Source: Caecitellus pseudoparvulus
Taxonomy: Eukaryota; Protista; Bigyra: Bicosoecida
DNA: 64,000 nucleotides
Assembly (NCBI GenBank): GCA_965644315.1
Contig: CBFFRQ010000041.1
Span: forward strand, 124,001 to 188,000
Direction of reading: 5' to 3'
Shown: piece by piece, positions 56,769 to 64,000 of the stretch
Position numbering within the stretch: the stretch's first letter is position 1
Layout of the letters: every line of letters starts with the position of its first letter
The notes under the pieces: model-generated
What the model was told of the DNA's origin: nothing
What the model saw: only the letters and a program-made list of their open reading frames with translations
The model's database searches: none
Position numbers and translations under genes: made by a program

Positions 56769-57345
56769 AGCGCAGCTTGCCCGCCAGCTGGTCGCCGCGA
56801 CCGCGCGTTTCGGACGTCACTTACCCGGGGCCGAGCGTATGAAAACGACTCTTGCTGCAGCAGAAGCTCCTCCTCTCGAATGCGGCTGGGTGGTTGGCGC
56901 AGCGGGGCCACCTCCTTCGCGGCTGCAGCTGTCAGCCTGGCTCCCCGACTGGCGCCCCGGCTGCGCTGGGGATGCACGTTTGCAGGCATCCTGCGCTTGC
57001 TTCGTGCAGACGAGCTGCAGCGGCACCCTGCACGAACAGGAAGCACAGCATGCGGCACTCCATCCCTCGGAGGTCAGTTTGAGGGTACTGCATTTGTGTG
57101 AAGTTTGACGGCTGAGGTGCAGCTGTCTGCAGCACTGAGCGGCTGTGCTGCACGCCTGCTCGCAGTTTGCCGAGAGGGCGGAGGTCGAGGAGGACAATGG
57201 CACCCCTGCAACACTTGCAAATTCACCCTTTTCAGTCCCACGCACCAAGTTCTAGCACGCAGCTGCACCTTGGAACCCAACGACAGCCGTGGAAGCGGCA
57301 CCAGCATCAGAGCAACACCACCCGTCATCACCCCTCCATCACAAC

Positions 57346-58842
57346 ATGGCTGCAACCGGCGAGGCAACTGGCGCAGCGGGGAAGGCGGTCACGCCAACTG
57401 AAGTTGTAACCAAGGCAGCAGTCGTCCTTGACTACGCTGACCTCAGCAAGCCCACTGAGGAGTTGAAGGACCGCATCGAGGCCGCGTTCGGGTGCGTGGC
57501 ACAAACATGTCCCGGGTTCCCCGCCGCCGCCTCCACGCTGCGCTGGGCGGCCCTTTGCTGTCACAGATACGACGGACTGGGCATCATTGCCATTACAAAC
57601 GTACCAGGATATCTGGAGAAGCGCGAGGCGCTCCTGCCACGTGCACGGGAGTGAGTGAAGCATCGTTTTGCCTGCGTTTCGCTGGCGCCACAGCCTGTCA
57701 ACACCTGATCGCCCTCTGCGGTGCTGCGCGTGCAGGTTGGCGCACCTACCAGCTGAGGCACTGAAGCAGTACGAGCATGAGGCTTCTCATTATTCTGTTG
57801 GGTGGAGCCATGGCAAGGAGATCTTCGAGGGTGCGGCAGCGTTGGCACCCGGCGCCAGCGCGTGAAGGATGCCCCACCCTGGCTCCGCTCGCTGACGGTG
57901 CGCAGGCAAGCCCGACTTCGCCAAGGGGTCGTTCTACGCCAACCCGCTGCATGACAAGCCCGTGGATGACGAAGAGCTCATCAAGAAGTGTGCGTGGCGG
58001 TGCAAGGGCCTGGATGGCAGCCAAGCCATGGTCGCGAGCAGGGCCCGTCACAATTGCCTGCGTCCTCCTCCACAGACCCCGCCTTCCTGGAGCCAAACAT
58101 CTGGCCAACAGAGCACATCCCCGCGCTGGAGGGCGCCTTCAAAGACTTGGGCAACCTCATCGTCTCCGTGGGCCGGCAGCTGGCCGTGCACTGTGACGGC
58201 TTCGTGGCAGGGAAGGTGCCAGGCTACCCAGCCGACCGCCTGTCCAAGTTGCTGAAGGAGTCCCGCATGTGCAAGGCGCGCCTACTGTACTACTTCCCCC
58301 GTTCCGAGGAGGAGGCCAAGGCAGCTGCCGAGAAGGAGGCCTCCCTGCCGCCCATGGACGCCATCTCGAGCTGGTGCGGCTGGCACAACGACCACGGCTC
58401 CCTGACCGGCCTGTGCCAGGCCATGTACACTGACGAGGCGGCAGGCGGCAAGGAGATCCCCAACCCAGACCCTTCTGCAGGCCTGTACATCCGCTCCCGC
58501 CAGCACGAGCTGGTGAAGCTGCAGCTGCCGCCAGGGTGCCTGGCGTTCCAGATCGGCGAGTCCGCCCAGATCCACACTGGGGGCGCGCTGCAGGCGACGC
58601 CCCACAGCGTGCGCGCGGCAGGGCAGGCCAATGTCGGGCGTGCCACATTGGCTGTGTTCATGGAGCCAGAGTGGGATGAGCCCATGGCACCTCCCAGCAC
58701 GGGGGAGGAGGCGGTGGCGAAGGTGACCCAGGGCGCAAAGGGTGAGACCTTGCCCCCCGGCGTGCCGGCGCTGGACAGCCGGTGGAACCCGACCATGGAC
58801 TTTGGCGAGTTCACACACGCCACCCTGAGCGCATACTACTGA
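57346..58842 (+). CDS. 2-oxoglutarate/Fe(II)-dependent dioxygenase (IPNS-like fold)
   Basis: HNDHGSLT (HxD), QIGE...LQATPHSV, RATLAVF; N-terminal AFGYDGLGIIAITNVP, YSVGWSHGKE and KGSFYANP exons separated by short introns. Confidence 0.9.
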
Positions 58843-58915
58843 ATGCACAGGCGCCAGTCACGGGGGATGCATTGTTCATACATATAGTCAGGTGCGCGGG
58901 CCGGTGCCCGATGCG

Positions 58916-61563
58916 TCACGCCATTCCTGGCAAGCCGCATGCCATGGGGGAGGCAAGGGCGGGAGGCGAGGGCGTGTCCTGGGCGCGGCGCTTGGCCGCA
59001 GGCCGCAACTGGGGGGACCCCTCCTCATCCAGCTGCGTCATGCACTCCTCCAGGGTGAACCGGCTCACCACCGGTAAGGCTGCTGCGGTGTCTTGCCCCG
59101 CTCCCACCGCCGCCAGGTCCAATACCCACTGCCTCAACAGCAGCGGGTGGGCTGCAGGCATGAAGCGGCTGCGCTGCATGCAGTGCATGAGGGCATGCTC
59201 CTCCACCAGGGTGGGCCAGGGCACATCCAGGCCGTGGCCCACTAAGGCAGGCAAGGCGGGCGGAGGCAGGGAGGCGTGCAGGTGAGCCGGGTGCGCTGCC
59301 TGCGACGGGGCAACGTGCACCCAGGCCAGAGCGGCACCCAGCAGGATGCCACGCCACGAAGCTGGTGTGAGCGGGATGACGGGGATGTGCTGCTGGTCAT
59401 GCGGAACTTGCTTCCGCTGCCACCCTGTGGCCAGCTGGGCTGACCCGCGCAAGGCCAGGGACAGGGCATACGCGACGCACTGCGCGGCTTGGCCATGCTT
59501 CTGCAGGACACCAGAAGCACCAGCCTCACCGCACAGGCTGCCCACCATGGCCAGCACCTCCTGCAGCCACTCGCACACCTGGGGGGAAGAGGGGCAGGCG
59601 GAAGGGGGAGGGTACGCGGGCGCTGCCGCGATGGGGCTGCGAGAGCCAGCTGATGCCTCATCCCCAGAGCGCGGCCCCTCGTCTTGTCCCAGGATCAGGT
59701 GCAGGGTGCCCTTTGCCGCAGGCCCCCGGGTGGGGGAGCCGTTGCACGCCACGTGCAGGTCCGGCTGCAGGCCGCCTCCGGACGGGGCCAGGGGCAGCAC
59801 GTCCATAGCAGTGGGGGGGTACCCGACGGGAGGCGCTGTTCCCGCTGCCAACAGGCCGTGCTGTAGCCCCAGACGGGCGGCACAGGAGGGCAAGGCTTCC
59901 TGCGCCGCCAGCGGCAGGCGTGGCGTCAGCCTCTGCGTCGCTCGGCGTACCATGGCGGCGACATCCCGAGGCAGCGCAGAGAGCAGGGACGATGCCGTGG
60001 CGGCAGCAGAGGTGGCTGGCAGCTGCAAGTGGGTGCCGGACCCGAGTGAGCCTGCCTGCAGGATGGCAATCTCATCCCCCGGCTCCTCCCACAGCCCGGG
60101 CACAGGCAGGCGGCTGGCAGGCTGGCGCAACTCCACCCCGGGCGGCAGCCCGTGCATGAGCTCAGCTTGGAAGTCCCGCAGGCTGGACAGCAAGCGGCGA
60201 CAGGACGCCAGCATGGCATCATGTGCCGCCCGGATGTGCTGCGTGGCAAAGCCAAGGTGTGTGGCCACGGCGGGCGCGGCCTGCCGCATAGCACCCTCCA
60301 CGACATCCAGGAGGAATGCCTCGTAGCCACGCTGGATGAAGGCGCGAGTGCTGGGGTCCAGCCACGTGTGCACAGGGCCACCCACCGTGGTCGGGCTTCG
60401 CAGGCAGGTGAGGATGGGCTGCAGCTGATCCGGCGTCAGGCACTGCGTCGCAGACTGCAGTCTGCTGTCATCCCGCTCAGGCAGCCACGTGCCACCCTCC
60501 ACCTGGCCCAGCAGGCACATGAGGCTGTGGGCCGTGTAAGCGAACTGCTTGGCCGCTTCCGCAGTCCCGACAGCTGCGTGGCTGGCCTGCGTTGAAGCGT
60601 CCACATAAGCCTCAAGGCCTTGCTGTCGCTCGAGCAGCTCCCGGCGGGCCAGGCGCAGCCCGACGGGGTGCACCGCTTGCTGGTGCACGGGGGCGCTGGC
60701 TGTGCTCTGGCGCACGTGGGAGGCCTTGGCCATGCTGGCCTCTGCCTCTGCAGCCAGCATGTCCAGCAGCGCCAGCTGCTGCGCCACCATCTCCCGCCGT
60801 GTCTCCACGGCGCGCTGCAGGCAAAAGACTCGCGTGAACTCCACCAGGGCCACGTGCACGTGTTCCGTCGCACGTGCTTGGATGGAGGCGGGCGTCTCAC
60901 CCACCCACGGCATGGTCAGGAGAGCTTGCAGCATGCTGTCACTGAGCGGATGCGCGGTGCCCAGCCGGAAGAGGGCGGCTGCGTTGTGCACGTGCTCCAC
61001 ATCAGGCTGCACAGTCCACTCCCAGGGCCGCACGCCATCCAGTGAGGCATGTTGCATGGGGTCCCACGTCCACGTGGACGCTGCTGTGCTGCGCGTGCCA
61101 AGGGGTCCTTGGACCTCAGCGCGCAGGATGGCTTCTGGGGCGGACTGCGGCGCAACCAGCGCAGTGGGCGCCCCAGACTTTGACGTACTTTGCGATACTC
61201 GCTGAGGTGGCGTGCCTTCGTCCACCCTGCCAGTGCTGCGGCGTTGCGTTGGGGCGTTGGGTGCCGGCGCCAGGGGCTGCACCGCACCGATGCTGCCGTC
61301 ATCGCTCCAGCTTTTGCACAGCCGCATCTGCTCAGCAATGCAGCGCACAATCGCACGGGAAAGTCTGCAAGAGGAACATTTGCGGTGGGCAATGAGTGCC
61401 TATGCGCCCCTTGCACGAGGCGTGGTGCACAGTTGAAGCGCCTCACGCACGGGATGGCTGCGGGATTTGGCAACACTTGAGGTTGTGGCTGCCGCCTGCG
61501 TTTACGCCGCCTCATGGCAGCGGCACCAGAACCAGGAGGGCCCATCCCAAGAAAGGCCTGCAT
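58916..61563 (-). CDS. Hypothetical protein, possible degenerate cyclin-Y-like box near the C-terminus
   Basis: Intron 61365-61450 joins the first exon in phase; AQCVAYALSL...LTPASWRGILLGAALAW resembles cyclin Y helices. Confidence 0.45.
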
Positions 61564-61847
61564 ACTCGGTGCTGCAGGGGCCTGGGCAGCTCCAAAGCGA
61601 GCAGGTTTTCCACGAGGGGGGCTTGTGCGGGGAACGTCCCGACGAAGGCCTGATGCTCCACGGCTAACCTGGCCAATGGTTCTAGAAGTGCACGGCAATC
61701 GCCAACATCTGCGAGCTAAACGTGGATGTCTGTCCAAGAAATCCATCAAGGTGAATTGGTATGACGCCTGCATTGCCACTTCGTGCCTGCAAACGCCAAG
61801 AGCTGCCTCCACTCCTCCTAAGCAAGCACCAGGAAGCCTGCTGTTGC

Positions 61848-62636
61848 TTACAGGCGGCCGCCAGCGGTGCCCATGGCCTCCACGGTGCCCTCATCGACCT
61901 TGGAGATGGCCTTGCCGCTGTCAGCAGCGCCATCACCGTGCACCTCCATGAGGCGGGTGAGGTCGAACTTGGGTGCCTTGACGATCTTGACCTTGCGCAG
62001 GAAGACGTTCTGCATGGGGAAGGTGCTCTCCACAGACTTGGTGATCTCGTCGGCGATGGAGCCAGCAACGAGCTTCTGGAACAGCTCCTTCATGTCGCCC
62101 TTGGACACCTCCTTGTTCAGGACGTCGATCATGGTCTGGCGGATCTTGCGCACCTGAGCGGACTGGGCGTAGGCAGTGCGCTTGATCTGGTTCTGCTGCT
62201 TCTTGGTGAAGCCGATCACGAAGACGCGCACGGTGAAGCCGTCGGTGGTCTTGACGTCCACGTTGGCCTCGATGAGGGTCTGGAACTTGCGCACCAGGGA
62301 GCACAGCTTGTCCCGGGTGAAGGTCATGCCGTAGAAGTTGCACAGCACAGCAGAGCCCTGCACCTCCTCGCACACGAGGCGGATCTTGCGGAACTCGGCA
62401 TCCTCGGCCTGCTTGTTCAGGTCACCCAGGGAGATCTCGAACACGCGGCCCTTGAGCTGCTCAGAGGCGATCTTGGTGCCGATGGTCTTGGTCACTGGGG
62501 TCTTGCCGCACAGGCGGTTCTGGAAGATGGCGGGCACCTTGATGTCGTACCACTCCTTGCGGGTGAAGGGGTCCACGACCTTCTTCTTGCCGCCCTTGCG
62601 GCCCTTGCCCAGCTTCTTGTTCTTGCCGATGGCCAT
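61848..62636 (-). CDS. RPS3A: 40S ribosomal protein eS1 (S3a)
   Basis: [35 protein letters not shown]...[13 protein letters not shown]...[12 protein letters not shown]; strong codon bias. Confidence 0.98.
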   Translation of the reverse strand: MAIGKNKKLGKGRKGGKKKVVDPFTRKEWYDIKVPAIFQNRLCGKTPVTKTIGTKIASEQLKGRVFEISLGDLNKQAEDAEFRKIRLVCEEVQGSAVLCNFYGMTFTRDKLCSLVRKFQTLIEANVDVKTTDGFTVRVFVIGFTKKQQNQIKRTAYAQSAQVRKIRQTMIDVLNKEVSKGDMKELFQKLVAGSIADEITKSVESTFPMQNVFLRKVKIVKAPKFDLTRLMEVHGDGAADSGKAISKVDEGTVEAMGTAGGRL

Positions 62637-63075
62637 CTGAGCGGGGGAGGGGGAGGGCAAGCGTGAGTGAGGCGAGGGCAAGGTGGTGAACAGCGCCAGC
62701 AGACTCCGTTGCCGAGAGCACCGTCACGGGGCTGGGGCCGGCACACAACGAACACACTGCCCAGTTGAGTAGACCAAGGCATACTGGGCGAGAACTGCTC
62801 AACCCCAGGAAGACTGGGCAGGCTGCAAGCAGCGGCCTCCCGCTCAGTGCGGAATTAGACTCCTCGCCGACTGCTGCACCGCTCCCCAGCCAGCCACACC
62901 CCCAAGGCACAAGACACGGCCACACGGCAACAAAGCATACAGGCCAGAGGTCAAGGTGCCGCCAGTTCAAGCCGTGCTTGGAGCAACAGGGCAAGCGCAG
63001 GGCAGGCACGGTCAGACACTGCCTCGGTTGCGCCTTTGCCTGCACCGTGGCACGAAACACGGCACACAAACGTAC
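62637..63075 (-). other. Probable 439-nt 5'UTR intron of RPS3A
   Basis: Pyrimidine tract and CAG immediately before the ATG; candidate donor GTACGT at 63075. Confidence 0.6.
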
Positions 63076-63240
63076 AGTTGATGCGTGTGAGACAGGGAAA
63101 ACCCACAACTCAGCACAGAGGAGGATGTTGACAGTGGAGATGGCTCTATGGAAAGTACACGCGGGCGGTGGCAGAGGTGGGCAGCTTGGGGCTTGCATTA
63201 TGAGTTCCGGGAATGATGCAAAATGACATCCGCCGCAGCC

Positions 63241-64000
63241 TCACCGAGCTGCCGCATGCGCACTGAACACGCCGGGAGACTGAAGGTACGCAAAGTCCTG
63301 CAATAGTGAGGATGCAGAAGTTGCCTTTTCCCAGGGGGTTCCTGTCCCGTGCAATGTCCACTCCCGCGCTTGGGGGTGTGCTGGGGCGGCGGAGCGGGCA
63401 GCGCTCAGCGCCGCGTCCGCGATGAGGCGGGAGAACAATGCGTCGCGGGCTGCGTAAGTCAGCAGCCGCTGAGGCAAAGGTGCTGAGCCCCAGGCCTTGA
63501 TCCGGTGCACGCCCCGCGACTTCCACGAGGTCGCCCCCAGCAAATGCCGTGAGAGGCGTGCCAGCCCCTTCTCACCTCCCACAGCCGCCCCCAGGGTGCC
63601 GCCGTCCACAGTGCCTGGCACAGGCACGCCCCAAGCAGTGGCGACGAGGTCGGCATCCCCTTCGACGCCAACCCCCACGACACGGGGTGCAGCGAGCACA
63701 GCAGCCTCCATTTCGGCGGCGGTGCCGTCTGCAGGCAGGCTCGCCTTGCCACTGTGCCCCAGCACTCGCAGCAAGGCGAGCAGGCCACTCGGCACCCCAG
63801 CCTCATTCACGACGTCTGCCTCGCCGCCATCACACCACTCCAGCGCCGTGGCGTTCTCGCTGGGTGTGGCCGGGGTCCACGGTGCTTCCGCCTCCCCGAA
63901 AGCCTCCTGCAAGGCGGCGCGCTCCGCTTCTCCTACCTGCAGCGGCGGCGCGGTGAAGGCGCCGCCCGCCTTGGCAGCGTCCTCCCAAGCCGAGAAGGCC
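63241..64000 (-). CDS. DEDDy 3'-5' exonuclease domain protein (WRN/EXD2/mut-7-like), 5' part off-window
   Basis: VGVGVEGD (ExoII-like), GLARLSRHLLG, WGSAPLPQRLLTYAARDA (ExoIII YxxxD). Confidence 0.8.
   Translation of the reverse strand, partial: AFSAWEDAAKAGGAFTAPPLQVGEAERAALQEAFGEAEAPWTPATPSENATALEWCDGGEADVVNEAGVPSGLLALLRVLGHSGKASLPADGTAAEMEAAVLAAPRVVGVGVEGDADLVATAWGVPVPGTVDGGTLGAAVGGEKGLARLSRHLLGATSWKSRGVHRIKAWGSAPLPQRLLTYAARDALFSRLIADAALSAARSAAPAHPQAREWTLHGTGTPWEKATSASSLLQDFAYLQSPGVFSAHAAAR

Noticed and set aside
591-61450. Short introns as Introner-like mobile elements
   Set aside because: Lengths are similar, but I saw no shared internal sequence, terminal inverted repeats or target-site duplications among the introns compared.
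2754-64000. Argonaute, chromodomain protein, TatD and mut-7-like exonuclease as a linked silencing locus
   Set aside because: Scattered over 60 kb among housekeeping genes, and the exonuclease subfamily cannot be determined from the partial sequence.

Overview
Gene-dense, GC-rich (roughly two-thirds GC by eye) eukaryotic nuclear DNA with about 30 protein-coding genes, many short GT-AG spliceosomal introns (mostly 65-75 nt, donors GTGCG/GTGAG) and very small intergenic gaps. Ciliary/centriolar genes (PIBF1, IQCB1-like, MAPK15) indicate a flagellated protist; a heterotrophic stramenopile is my guess, not shown by the sequence. Recognisable housekeeping genes: ORC1, CCZ1-like, WDR70 (FHA-fused), NDUFS8, mitochondrial-type uS11, ADA2, PCBD, TEX10/IPI1, GCH1, TatD, a 2OG-Fe(II) oxygenase, RPS3A and a partial 3'-5' exonuclease. 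No rRNA, tRNA, CRISPR array, transposase or reverse transcriptase was recognised. Most notable: (1) an intronless gene (21496-25707, minus) with a helical N-terminus, a probable pseudokinase and 22 tandem 114-bp ankyrin-type repeats with a near-invariant scaffold, hypervariable binding-surface residues and signs of shuffling, a candidate DARPin-like variable receptor; (2) a divergent PIWI-type Argonaute with an intact guide pocket but a broken slicer tetrad; (3) a recurrent AATGCA hexamer just after stop codons, palindromic between convergent genes, a candidate non-canonical poly(A) signal; (4) a recurrent GCGGAAATTG motif near gene 5' ends; (5) a long structured 5'UTR intron in RPS3A. Gene models and family calls were made by eye, without database searches.
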